The position numbers were made by a program, and so were the translations under genes. From Prasinococcaceae sp. CCMP 1430 (Eukaryota > Plantae > Prasinodermophyta): a DNA stretch of 64,000 bases. This document shows, in pieces, positions 1 to 11,057 of this stretch; positions within the stretch are counted from its first letter, which is position 1, and the number at the start of each line of letters is the position of its first letter. The notes under the pieces were generated by a model. That model saw only the letters and a list, made by a program, of their open reading frames with translations, was not told the origin of the DNA and did no database searches. Location of the stretch: contig RQSC01000008.1 of the NCBI GenBank assembly GCA_013416795.1, forward strand, positions 248,497-312,496, written 5' to 3'.

Positions 1-419
1 CGGCCGCTGCTGCGGCACCCGCGCCCGCGCCGGCCCCCGCCGCGCCCGCGCCTGCGCCTGCTGCGCCCGCGCCCGCGGCGGACACGTCCAACAACAGCAT
101 CTTCTCGGGCGGCGACGCGAACGAGGGCCTGCAGGTCGACACCATCAACTCCAACAAGGTTGGCGTGATGCGCATGTCGAATGGCAGGGCCCCGGCCGCC
201 GTCGAGCTGGGTGCCACCATCAAGAAGGGCCAGGTGGTGTGCTGGGTGGAGCAGCTGGGCACGCTCAGCCCTATCAAGTCCGAGGTGGCCGGAGAGGTGT
301 ACGAGATCCTCGTGAAAGACCTCGAGCCGGTCGAGTTTGGCGAGCCGCTCTTCACTATCGTGCCCTCTTTCGTTGGCATCAAGAAGGGCGCTGGCTCGGG
401 CACGGGGCAGATGTCGTAG
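1..419 (+). CDS. BADC: 3' part of a BCCP-like (BADC-type, non-biotinylated) plastid acetyl-CoA carboxylase regulator; 5' end lies outside the window
   Basis: Frame is open from base 3. An Ala/Pro linker is followed by a biotinyl-domain fold, KKGQVVCWVEQLGTLSPIKSEVAGEVYEIL...VEFGEPLFTIVPSF. EQLG replaces the EAMK biotinylation motif and the C-terminus is PSFxGIK, as I recall for plant BADCs. Confidence 0.8.
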   Translation, partial: AAAAAPAPAPAPAAPAPAPAAPAPAADTSNNSIFSGGDANEGLQVDTINSNKVGVMRMSNGRAPAAVELGATIKKGQVVCWVEQLGTLSPIKSEVAGEVYEILVKDLEPVEFGEPLFTIVPSFVGIKKGAGSGTGQMS

Positions 420-798
420 GCGCAGATCTCGCCGCGGCGGGGGGTATGTTGCGGCCGAGTGGGCGCCGCGCCACCATCCGGCGCGCGCCACGCTTCGTCG
501 GCGCACGCTTGTGCTCGCGCGAGTCCCCGCGCGATTAAGATTGCCACATTGCTAGCATCGGGAGCACCGCTTTGCCGCGCGCGACTCCGGCGCGCGCAGG
601 GCGACGGGATGCGCCGGCGAGACCCTGCCGCGCGAGAGTATGGCACAATCAATTACGTAGTGTACAACTGGCGCCAGTGGGTACCATGGTCGGCGAGCGC
701 CCGCACGAGCGCAGGGAGAGCGACGCGGGCGACACTGAGAACTTGCCGACGCGCCGCTTGGGCAAGTCCCCGCTCCGCACCGCTCTACAATGGGCCCG

Positions 799-1266
799 TC
801 ACGGCGCGTCGGCCGGTGCAGAGGGTGCAGCGGCCACCGGAGGAATGCCTGCACGAAGTTCCTCATCTGAAGGTACGCTCCCCCCTGCCTCCGTGACTGC
901 TTGCGCGTACTCTGACGCCTCCTCGGGGTACCGCGCTTTGGCGTGCTTGTATAGCTCGCTGAACATGTGGGCGAATGCATGCTGCCGCCCTCGACTGTCG
1001 TCAGCAGCGCGCGCCACGCTGGTCACAAGCTCGCGCTTGAACACCTCAAGGTCCTTGCCCTCGTCCGCATGCCTGATCGCCTCCCTTGGTACAGCGATGG
1101 GCCACTCGTTCTTCACCCCATCAAGCTCCTCGAGGTCCCCCGTGAGCGCCACGAGCTTCTCGATCAGGGCGGGCTGCGCGCCGTCGCGAACGTCGGCGAG
1201 CGCATGCTCGAGCTCGAGCGCCCGTGCGAGCACGCGCTCGAGGCTCGCAGTCACCTTTTCCGCCAT
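799..1266 (-). CDS. MED10: Mediator subunit 10 (Nut2)
   Basis: ATG at 1266. IAVPREAIRHADEGKDLEVFKRELV...RGRQHAF...ARYPEEASEY matches the Med10 pattern VPxEvxxyiDxGxnP...kGK...fPe...Y. Confidence 0.75.
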   Translation of the reverse strand: MAEKVTASLERVLARALELEHALADVRDGAQPALIEKLVALTGDLEELDGVKNEWPIAVPREAIRHADEGKDLEVFKRELVTSVARAADDSRGRQHAFAHMFSELYKHAKARYPEEASEYAQAVTEAGGSVPSDEELRAGIPPVAAAPSAPADAP

Positions 1267-1689
1267 CGCGGCGCGCGGCGCCGGCTCCTGACGTCGGATC
1301 GACCCTGGCCCCACCCCACACGCCCGTCCCGCCGGCACACAAGCGCGGGCGCGCGCGCGATCAAGGGCGCGCGTACAAAACCACTTCCGACGCGGCGAAG
1401 AACAGCCCCCCCCCGGCCCACACCTATCCGACCCTCCTGCTCTAACCCCCCGCTCGCGAAGCGCGCGTCCTGCGCCGCGTGTGGCGCGCGCCTGGGGAGG
1501 AGGGGGGCGGGGTTGAAGGGGGGCAGGAGACGGCGCGCGTGTTTGCTTGGATGCTCTCTTGCACCCCCCCCGCTTTTTTCCCCCACACCACCCTGTTTTT
1601 TTTTCCCTTTTTTTTCCCGTGCGGGCGTTTTCCGCACGCTGCGCGCGCCGTTGCCGCCTCCCGCGCTTTCACATCGGCATTCGCCCGCG

Positions 1690-1880
1690 GCTCACGCACC
1701 CTCACTAAACGTGGGTTCGATTATTCCAAATTATTTCCCTCAAAATATGCGAATCCATCAAGCGGAAAGATGCGCTTTATAGTACGTATTCGATTCACCG
1801 ATTCCTGATGTGGCCGAGGGCGCGCCTTTGCGGAATCCACGTCGCGTGCCAGCGCGTCCCCAACGTTCGGAAAACGGCGG
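1690..1880. promoter_or_regulatory. AT-rich island between divergent MED10 and SMC2 (probable bidirectional promoter core)
   Basis: Abrupt AT enrichment flanked by CG-rich and poly-T tracts, located between two divergent start codons. Confidence 0.45.
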
Positions 1881-2057
1881 TGGGCGCGCTCGCATGCGTT
1901 TTCGCCATCAGGCGGCCGCGCGCGCGGCCGGCCGGGCGCCGCGGGCGAGCGCGGCCGGGTGCGAGGCGGGGGCGGGGAGGGGCGGCAGAGCGCGCGCGCG
2001 GCGCGCACACGCACGCGAGCGACCGCGCGCCCCCGCGCGGCGCCCGCGGCGGACGCC

Positions 2058-5000
2058 ATGTTCGTCGAGGAGGTCATCATCGATGGCTTCAAGTCGTACG
2101 CGCGGCGCACCGCCGTGCCGGGCTTCGACCCGCAGTTCAACGCCATCACCGGCCTGAACGGCTCGGGCAAGTCCAACATCCTGGACGCCATCTGCTTCGT
2201 GCTCGGCATCACCAACCTCACGCAGGTGCGCGCGGGCAACCTGCAGGAGCTCGTCTACAAGCACGGCCAAGCGGGCGTCTCGAAGGCGAGCGTGTCCATC
2301 ACGTTCAACAACGACGACAAGGCCAACTCGCCGGTCGGCTACGAGCACTGCGACACCATCACCGTCACGCGCCAGGTCGTCATCGGCGGGCGCAACAAGT
2401 ACCTCATCAACGGCCATGTCGCCCAGCCGAGCCGTGTGCAGAACCTCTTCCACTCGGTGCAGCTCAACGTCAACAACCCGCACTTCCTCATCATGCAGGG
2501 GCGCATCACCAAGGTCAGAGCCCGCGCCCTCCCACGCGCACTCGCGCTTCGGGCCGCGCGCAGCGCTTCCTGGCGCGCATGCGCACAGCGGGTCCGCAAA
2601 GATGCCGCCGCGCGCCGCGAGCGAGTGTGCTCGGGTCCGGACGCGCGCAAGCACCGCGGCCGCCTCATGTGGAGCGAGCGCACCACTGCCGCCGCTCGCC
2701 CCGCAGACGTACTGACACAGCGCCGCTCGCTCGCTGTCCACACCGCACAGGTGCTTAACATGAAGCCGGCCGAGATCCTGGGCATGCTCGAAGAGGCGGC
2801 AGGCACGCGCATGTACGAGAACAAGAAGGAGGGCGCCCTGAAGACGCTGTCGAAGAAGGAGGCAAAGGTCGCGGAGATCGACAAGGTGCTCGAGGAGGAG
2901 ATCTTGCCTGCGCTCGAGAAGCTGCGCAACGAGCGCGCCGCTTACATGCAGTGGTCCAGCCAGAACGCCGAGCTCGAGCGCCTGCGCCGCTTCTGCGCCG
3001 CGTACCAGTTTGTGCAGGCCGAGGAGGCCGCGGAAAATTGCACCGAGGAGATCGAGGCGAACGCGCAGAAGCTCGAATCGCAGCGCCGCGAGGCCGAGGA
3101 CTACGCGGGCATTGCCGCCGACAAGGACGAAGACGTCGAGCGCCTTGCTGAGGAGCGCGCCTCACAGATGGGCGGCGACATCAAGAAGCTCGCTGACAAG
3201 GAGGCCACGCTCTCCAAGGACCTCGTCAAGCTCACCACCGCCTGGACCAACAAGAAGGACACGGCGAAGGCCGAGCACAAGAGCGCGGAGGCGGCTGCGC
3301 AGGATGTGCCCGCTGCCGAGGCGGCCATCGATGAGGCCAAGCAGGCCGTAGTTGACGCCGAGGCGCGATCGGACGAGGCAGCCCAAGAGGCCCTCCGCGC
3401 ACAGCATGCCGCCGAGGCCGTGGACGCCGAGCGCACTGGCATGGTCGCCGACGGTGCAGGTGGCAAGCAGCGCACCCTCGCGGAAGCCCTGGCCGAGGCC
3501 AAGGCCGCGGCCAAGAGCGGCGAGTCGGAGGCGAAGCAGCTGGAGACCAAGGCCAAGCATCTCGAGAAGGAAGTTGCGTCCAAGACCAAGGCCATCGAGA
3601 AGATGAACGCCAGCGCTGACAAGGCGTCGAAAGAGCGCGAGGCGGTCGACGCGGCGATCGAGGAGGCCAAGGCAAAGCTCGAATCTATTGGCTACGACGC
3701 CGAGGCGGCGGACAAGCTTGCCGCGGAGACGGACGCGAACAAGGCGGCCGTGCGCGAGCTCTCGATGCGCTGCTCAAAGCTTAAGGCCGAGACCAGCCGC
3801 CTTGACTTCAAGTTCTCCGCACCGGAGAAGAATTTTGACATGGACCGCGTCAAGGGCATGGTTGGCAAGCTCCTGACCGTCAAGGACGCCGCCAGCGCCA
3901 CGGCGCTTGAGGTCATCGCGGGCGGCAAGCTCTTCAATGTCGTCGTCGACACCGACGCGACCGGCAAGGCGCTGCTCAACAAGGGCCAGCTCAAGCACCG
4001 CGTGACGCTCATCCCGCTGAACAAGATTGATGGCCGCACCGCCACCCCGGCGCAGCAGCAGGCGGCCAACCAGATCGCTGGCGACAAGGCCGCGCTTAGT
4101 CTCGACCTTGTCGGGTACGACGCTGAGGTCGACGCGGCAATCAAGTACGTCTTCGGCAAGTCCTTTGTGTGCAAGGACTCGGCGACAGCCCAGAAGGTTG
4201 CGTTCGCGCCGAACGTGCGCTCGGTGTGCGTGACGCTCGAGGGCGACGTTTTCAACCCCAGCGGCACGCTCACCGGTGGCTCGCGCAACAAGCAGGGCGG
4301 TATGCTGTCTGCGCTGCACAAGCTCATGGAGGCCGAGGCCGATCTCAAGGTCGCGCAAGCGAAGCTGGACGCCAACATGAACACTGCGAAAGCCAACGCC
4401 AAGGCTGCCTCGGCCTCGAAGGACGCTCTGCGCGCTCTCGAGGTGGCGCAGCACAAGGCCGCGCTCATCGCCGAGCGTGAGAAGAACTCCGAACTCGGCC
4501 AGCTCACCGATGCGCGTGACTCGCTCGCAGCAGAGGCCGAAGGTGTGCGCAAGGAGGCGGACCAGGCGCGCACGCGCGCCAAGGAGGCTGTGGCGCGTGC
4601 GAAGGAGCTCGAGACGCAGCACAAGGACTTCGAGAAGGGCGCCAAGGCTGACGATGCGGCGCACAAGAAGAAGCTCAAGGCCGCCAAGGACGCCGCAAAG
4701 AAAGCGGAGACGGCGGCGAAGAAGGCCGCGGGCGAGGTCCAGAAGGCGAAGCTGGCGGTGGAGGCTGCCATCGAGCAGCTCGCCGCCGCGAAGGAGCTGG
4801 CTGAGAAGGCGATGGCCTCCGCGCTCACGGCGGACAAGGAGGCGGAGGCTGCCGAGCAGGAGGTGATCAAGGTGACCGCAGATTACGAGGTTGCGCGCGG
4901 GGAGCTCGACGCGCGCAAGGAGCGCGCGGCCGCCTGCGACAAGGCGATCGGGGTTGCCAAGAAGGAGGCCAACGCCGCTCGCAAGCGCGTGGAGAAGGCC

Positions 5001-5900
5001 AACCTCGAGATCAAGAAGCTCGAGAGGAACGCCGACAAGCTCGCGAAGAGGGCAAAGGATGGTGCCAGCGAGGCCGAGGCGCTTGCCAAGGCCAACCCCT
5101 GGCTGGAGTCGGAGCGCTCGCTGTTCGGCAAGGCGGGCACTGAGTATGACTTCGAGGCGCAGGATCCCGAGGAGGCGCTGGAGGAGCTGGAGGTGGCACA
5201 GGAGAATCTTCAGAACCTCACGAGCAAGATCAACCGCAAGGTCATGGCGATGTTTGACAAGGCTGAGAGCGAGTACCGGGACCTGTCCGAAAAGAAGGCG
5301 ATCCTGCTGAACGACAAGGACAAGATCATGAGCGCCATCACAGAACTCGACGAAAAGAAGCGCGCAGCCCTGCACACCACCTGGCAGAAGGTCACCAAGG
5401 ACTTCGGGTCGATCTTCGGCACGCTGCTTCCCGGGACCACTGCCAAGCTGGACGAGCCCGAGGGTGGCACGTACGTGGACGGCCTTGAGGTCAAGGTGGC
5501 ATTCGGTGGCGTGTGGAAGCAGAGCCTGACGGAGCTGTCGGGAGGGCAGCGCTCGCTGCTCGCGCTGTCGCTCATCCTGGCGCTGCTACTCTTCAAGCCG
5601 GCGCCCGTGTACATTCTGGATGAGGTAGACGCTGCGCTCGACCTCAACCACACGCAGAACATCGGCCGCATGATCAAGGCTCACTTCCCGCACTCGCAGT
5701 TCATTGTCGTGAGCCTCAAAGAGGGCATGTTCTCCAACGCCAACGTGATCTTCCGCACGCGCTTTGTAGAGGGCGTCTCGACCGTCACCAGGACAGTGCC
5801 CGACGGCTCCAAGGCGGAGAAGACCAAGGGCAAGAGCAAGGGCACTGCTGGGGCGCTCAAGGAGAACGCGCAGCCCGCAAGGGCATCGCGCGTGCGCTAA
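2058..5900 (+). CDS. SMC2: Condensin SMC2 subunit; exons 2058-2513 and 2751-5900
   Basis: MFVEEVIIDGFKSY N-terminus, Walker A GLNGSGKS, FLIMQGRITK|VLNMKP across a GT-AG intron (2514-2750), hinge domain, signature LSGGQRS, Walker B ILDEVD. Confidence 0.97.
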   Translation: MFVEEVIIDGFKSYARRTAVPGFDPQFNAITGLNGSGKSNILDAICFVLGITNLTQVRAGNLQELVYKHGQAGVSKASVSITFNNDDKANSPVGYEHCDTITVTRQVVIGGRNKYLINGHVAQPSRVQNLFHSVQLNVNNPHFLIMQGRITKVRARALPRALALRAARSASWRACAQRVRKDAAARRERVCSGPDARKHRGRLMWSERTTAAARPADVLTQRRSLAVHTAQVLNMKPAEILGMLEEAAGTRMYENKKEGALKTLSKKEAKVAEIDKVLEEEILPALEKLRNERAAYMQWSSQNAELERLRRFCAAYQFVQAEEAAENCTEEIEANAQKLESQRREAEDYAGIAADKDEDVERLAEERASQMGGDIKKLADKEATLSKDLVKLTTAWTNKKDTAKAEHKSAEAAAQDVPAAEAAIDEAKQAVVDAEARSDEAAQEALRAQHAAEAVDAERTGMVADGAGGKQRTLAEALAEAKAAAKSGESEAKQLETKAKHLEKEVASKTKAIEKMNASADKASKEREAVDAAIEEAKAKLESIGYDAEAADKLAAETDANKAAVRELSMRCSKLKAETSRLDFKFSAPEKNFDMDRVKGMVGKLLTVKDAASATALEVIAGGKLFNVVVDTDATGKALLNKGQLKHRVTLIPLNKIDGRTATPAQQQAANQIAGDKAALSLDLVGYDAEVDAAIKYVFGKSFVCKDSATAQKVAFAPNVRSVCVTLEGDVFNPSGTLTGGSRNKQGGMLSALHKLMEAEADLKVAQAKLDANMNTAKANAKAASASKDALRALEVAQHKAALIAEREKNSELGQLTDARDSLAAEAEGVRKEADQARTRAKEAVARAKELETQHKDFEKGAKADDAAHKKKLKAAKDAAKKAETAAKKAAGEVQKAKLAVEAAIEQLAAAKELAEKAMASALTADKEAEAAEQEVIKVTADYEVARGELDARKERAAACDKAIGVAKKEANAARKRVEKANLEIKKLERNADKLAKRAKDGASEAEALAKANPWLESERSLFGKAGTEYDFEAQDPEEALEELEVAQENLQNLTSKINRKVMAMFDKAESEYRDLSEKKAILLNDKDKIMSAITELDEKKRAALHTTWQKVTKDFGSIFGTLLPGTTAKLDEPEGGTYVDGLEVKVAFGGVWKQSLTELSGGQRSLLALSLILALLLFKPAPVYILDEVDAALDLNHTQNIGRMIKAHFPHSQFIVVSLKEGMFSNANVIFRTRFVEGVSTVTRTVPDGSKAEKTKGKSKGTAGALKENAQPARASRVR

Positions 5901-6097
5901 GCCGCCGCTGACGCGGACGGCGCGCGCAGCGCCCTCGACGCGCGCGCGCGGCCAGCCCAGACAGCAATGCCCCATGTACATTGATACCCCCTTCCCCTGC
6001 CCAGCGCCACGGCAAACAGATAGGTATTAACAAATGCGAAACTGGTGAGAACGATCTGCCATCCCAAAGCGGCGCGCGGTCTGGCGCCTCCGCGCTG

Positions 6098-8117
6098 CTA
6101 CAGAACCAGTGCAGGTGTCTTTCCATCCTGCAGTGCTCGCCGTGCCGTCTGCGCCTGCTGCCTACGCGCCGCCGCTTCTTCCGCCGCCGCCTCTCGCTGG
6201 GCATCAGCCCGCCGCCGCTCCACGCCCGCGGCCTTGCGGCGCGCTTGCGCGGCATCAGCGGCCGCAGCCTCCGCGCGGCGACGTGATTCGTCCGCGCCCT
6301 CGCGAGCAGCATGCGCACGCGCTCGTGCCGCCGCGGCCGCCGCGCGGCGATCATTCGAGGCTTCCTCTCGCGCGGCATCTGCCACGCGTTTGGCGGCAGC
6401 GCGTTCTTTGCGTGCCGCTGCAGCCCTGGCCAAGGTTTGCTCTGCCTGTAGCTCCCGCTCGCGCTCAGCTCCGCGCTGCACGGCCGCTTTCGCAGCGCGC
6501 TGTGCCGCTGCGGCGTCCGCTGTCGCGAAGGCGCTCCGCGCACGCTGAGCATCAGCGGCCGCGCGCGCGGCGGCAGCTGCACGCTTGGCCTCGAAGCGCC
6601 TCTCCTCCGTGTCAACCTGCGAGCGCGGCATCGCCGCACCGGCTGCTGTACGCGCTGCCCCCCCCAGCCTTGGCTGGCCGTGGCGGCGGCGGTGGCCCGT
6701 CCCCCATCGCTGCCCTGCGCCGCAGTTCCTCTCCTGCCGCCTTGGCTTGCAGTATGCGATAGGCCGCGGGGTCGACCTCGGCCATTTCAAGTAGGCGCTT
6801 GCGTTCGGCATCTGCCCGCGCTTTTTCTGCTCCCCTCGCAGCCAGCGCAGCCTCAGCCGCGTCGGCAAGCGCGTTCGCGCGCGCTTCCGCCTCAGCGGCC
6901 TCTCGCCGCTGCAGCTCCCTGCGCGCGCGTCTGCCGGCCAGCGCGGCGGCCTCGGCGGCCTCCTCCGCCTCCACGCGCTCCCGGACGGCTGCATTGTTAG
7001 CGCGCTTGGCTGCGAGATGGTGCTCGTCACGCGCAGCGGCGGCCGCTTCGAGTGCGCGAGCATCCTGTTGCGCCTGCGCCCGACACGGTGGATACGAAGT
7101 GGATGAGACACGTCAGAACAAAGGAGCAAGTTGCGAAGCCACAGCGCTCGCAGGACGCAACCAGGGCAGCGAGAGACACAGAGTCAGACCGGGCCGTCGT
7201 ACCTTCGCCGCGCGCGCGTCCTCACGCGCCTTGAGCGCCGCCTGGCGCTTGGCGTCTTGCAAATCGAGATCGTTCCTCTCGCGCAGCTCCTGATCGTGCC
7301 CACGGCGCACGGCTGCGCGCTCGCGAAGCGCCAGCATGCGGCGCTCCTCGCGTGCCTCTCGCGCGACGGCCTCTGCCACGCGCGCAGCGTCACGTTCCGC
7401 CGCGCCGCGTGCGAGCTTTGCCGCAGCGGCAGCGCGCACATTTGTTGGGTCCGCAGCCTCCGCGGCAGCGACGCGCGCGGCCTCGCGCGCGGCCGCGGCC
7501 GCCTGCCTGCGGTGCAGCTCATCGACTTCACGCTGCTCGGCGAGCGCCTGCCTGTTGGCATCAGCCTCCAGCTGCGCCGCCCGCCGCTCGGCAGCCACGT
7601 AGCGCCGTGCCATGCTATGCTCCGCTTCAGCGCGGCGCCGGGCATCGAGTGCGGCGTCACGCTCCGCTGCGCGAGAGCGCGCCAAAGCCGCTGCGCGAGA
7701 CTGCTTTTCCGCCGCTGCCTGCTCTCGCTGCACGGCGTGGGCGCGGATGGCAGCGGAGCGCGCGCGCCGCGCGGCGGCGGCCGCTACCTCCTTCTCGTCA
7801 GCCGCTGCGAGCTCCTTGGCAATGCGGGCAGACGGCGTCGGCCTGGGGATCCCCGCTGCGATCCTCTCGGCCTCGGCGACCGCCTCCCGGGCCGCGGCTG
7901 CCTTGTCTGCGGCCGCCTGTGCCTCTCGTTCGGCGGCGGCGCGGGCGGCCGCGTCGCGCATCGCCTGCTCCTGCGCGCGCGAGCTTTCGTACCGCGCGCG
8001 TGCGAACCGCCGCAGCGTCGCATCACCCACCCTGAGACCCGCGGCGATCGCTTCGGGGGAGAGCGGCGGCTCGTGTACGCCGGGCTTCCTCCTCCCGTGG
8101 TACGCCCGGCCATCCAT
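6098..8117 (-). CDS. Ala/Arg/Glu-rich coiled-coil protein of unknown function; exons 8117-7203 and 7073-6612, plus a frame-shifted continuation 6631-6098
   Basis: Continuous heptad-like A/E/R composition. The AAG|GTACGA...CGCAG intron (7202-7074) joins in frame. A reading-frame discontinuity near 6612-6665 is covered under findings. Confidence 0.6.
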
Positions 8118-9491
8118 ACCGCTGCCGCCCGCCCCTCGGGCGGGCGCCGACGCGGGCCGCCAGGCGCCGCCGAGCGCGTCGGCGGCCGCCGCGTGCGATC
8201 CCGTGGCCTGCAACCGTCCCGCGTGGCGCGCGCGGCCGGCGGCGCGCGCGCCATCAAAACGCACGCGGTTCGCCCCCCCGCCGCGAGCGCCCGAAACGGG
8301 ACTAAATAACAACACCGACGCAACGGACGGGCGAGCCGAGCCGGAAACGGACGTGAGACCGAAACCGAAACCTTCCGATGGAAGTGACCAACCAACCGAA
8401 AGGCGCGCGTCACACCCTTGTCGTGTGCTGGACACGGCCGACCGACCGACGCCAACGATCATCTAACAACGGCGCGCGCGAGCCGAGCGCCCCGCGCGCG
8501 CGGGCGGACGCCCAGGAAAAGATCCGCGAGCGCGCGGGCGGCGGTCGATCGATCGACGGATGGGAGCGGCGGAAAAGCGCGACGCGCGCTTTTCTGTGTT
8601 TTGGTGGGTTCGCGATCATCAATCGAATCATCGATCAATCACCGGGAGATTCGATGCGAGCGGCTGCGGATCCGGCTCGACGAGCGATTGACTGTCTGCG
8701 ATGATGGTTGTGTTTGATGTGCGAGGGCGCCCGTGGGCATGTCAGACCTCATTCTGAGTGAGTCTTCATGATTGGGCGCGGCGCGGCGCGGCGCGCGTTC
8801 CCGCCTTTTTTTTTACCCCTTTTTTGGGGTTTTTTCGCTCGCAGCACAAACAAAATCAAAATCTGCCACGTACAGTGCTGCACGCATCAACGTCACATAA
8901 CGCCGTCACATTACCAGCGGGGCTGGCACGGCCAGCCGCGCGGGGACTCTCCGATCCGTTGCACGATGTCGGAAAACAAAGAGCACCGCAAATCAGATAT
9001 GACCAGGCGCAATAGCCACCGCGCGGCGCCGTTCCCCGAGCGCCGTCCCCCGCCCGCGGGTCCCCGCTCAGGGTGCGACACAGCATGCGGGCGCGGAGTC
9101 TCTCAGGCCGCGGCCGCGGAGCTGCAAGCGAACCTGCGGCGTGGCGTCCGCCCCGTGATCTGCCGCCTCGCTTGACGGAAGTTCCGCGCGCGGCTGCTGA
9201 GCGTGCGCGGCGCGGGCGGGGGCGAGGGCGCGAGGGCGGGCGGCGCCGCAGCACACAGCGGAGTCGGTGGTGATCAAGGGACGCGATGCCGCCGCCGTGC
9301 AGAAGGCGCTGCGCGCAGGGAAACGAGGCCGGGAGCGTGCGGCGCGGGGGTACGCGGGGACGCGGGCGCTTAGCGGCAGGTGCAACTCGAGGGCTGGAGG
9401 TGCCGCACGTGGGGCGGGCGCCGCGGGGAGGTAGGCCCAGCAGGTGCGCACTTGAGGTTGCACTTGAGGTTGCAGACCGTTCCTCCTCGCC

Positions 9492-11057
9492 ATGGAGCCA
9501 ACTCCCCTTGTGAATGGAGACGGGACCAGGTGCGTGCGTGCGAGAGAGTGGCGGGCTGATCGCGACCCCATCTTCCTTCCGTCCAGCGCTTGCGCCATCC
9601 CCTCACGCCCCCCCCCCGGCGTAGGCACGCACGCTGACTCAAGCTGACGCCGCCGCCCCTCACCCCCTCACCCCCACATAGCCCCAGCTCCAGCACGGAC
9701 CGTCCAAATGGGCCGAGCCCCAACATATGGTCGGCGCTCGCGGTCGCCAAGTCGCGCTCGCTAGGTGCTGCCGCTTTCAGAGTCCAAGACGTCGAAGGTA
9801 ATGGCGTTGCATCTATGGCGGGGCTGTGCGTGGGGGACATACTGGTCGCGATTAACGGTCGCTGCATACCGACGACGGCTAGGCTGCGCGAGACCTTGCA
9901 GCGGGGGGGGAAGATCGAGGTAAGGGCGCCTGCTGGGCCAGCCCTCTCAACGCGCGGACAGGAGCACGCCAATACGATCGGTATCTCTGACACGGAAAGC
10001 CCCGTCCACCCTACGCTGTCGTTCCCGCATCCACGCCCACACCCGCGCCTTGCACGCCGGGCATCTTCGCACGCAACGCTAAACCGCTCAACGCGACGCG
10101 CAGCTGGGTGTCGTGGCAGAACTAAAGGATACGCCAGCTACCCACAAGCTTAAAGTTCCCAGCGAAGACGAACAAGCGCTAGGCATGCAGCTATGCCACG
10201 CGACGGGTATCAGCGGCGGTGTTGTGGTGGAGAAGGTCGTGAACGGATCGCCCGCAAGCAAGGGAGGCGTCATGCCGGGTTTCATCCTCGAGTCGATCGG
10301 CAGCGAGAAGGTGACCAACCTCAACTCAGTCACCATGTGGAGAAAGTACGCGAAGGTGCGATATACGCAAAGATGTATTCACGGCTCGACGGACGCGCTC
10401 GCTTGTGCGCTCCATTCGGGAGCGTAGAAGCCGTGCCCGGCACACGCCGCCGTCGTCACAAGCCGGCCGTGGCGGCGCGCACGGCCTCGCAGAGCGCACG
10501 TGCATGCTCGTGCGCGCGTCAGCTGATGGCGGAACGCCCCTGCGCGCCTGCGCTCGCGTGCTGACTTGACTCGCTTTGCCCCGTCCATTGGCGATCGAAA
10601 ACACAATGCGGTCGTGCGCGCTGTTGCTGTCCTTGCGTGCTGCGTCGCTTCTGATCCACAGGGGGACGAGGAGTGCGCCTTAAAGGGAAAATACACGAGC
10701 ATGAAATACAAGTGCTTGGCCATGGAGCTCCCCGAGGACATGTCGGAGGATTCGCCGGGACTGAGCACCAATGCGGGCGCGCTGCTCGGAGTTTCCCTCG
10801 AAACCATGGGCGGCAAGAGCTTTCACAAGCTCACCGGGTGCACCGTCATCGCCGCGAAAAAGAAGTGCTGCGTGCTAGAAAACAACGAGCACACCACCGC
10901 TGAAGCTACCTTCGAGCCTGAGCCGCCAGCTTCTACGGCCCCCAGTCAGCAGCCGCGGGCGATCCCACTTCAAGCAGCGATGGCAGTCACAGGCGCGATC
11001 GGTGGGGCCGTGTCGGTGCTGCTAAAGCTCGCCACGAGGCAGACGCAGCCCAGATAG
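9492..11057 (+). CDS. Tandem PDZ-domain protein with a hydrophobic C-terminal segment; exons 9492-9529, 9682-9919, 10104-10355, 10662-11057 (further upstream exons near 8966-9330 possible)
   Basis: Two PDZ-like signatures: VQDVEGNGVASMAGLCVGDILVAING and VVVEKVVNGSPASKGGVMPGFILESIG. Three GT-AG introns keep the frame. C-terminal AAMAVTGAIGGAVSVLLKL. Confidence 0.65.

Noticed and set aside
1710-1730. GTGGGTTCGATT resembling a tRNA T-arm (also GGTTCGAA at about 14866)
   Set aside because: No complementary T-stem, D-arm or acceptor stem.
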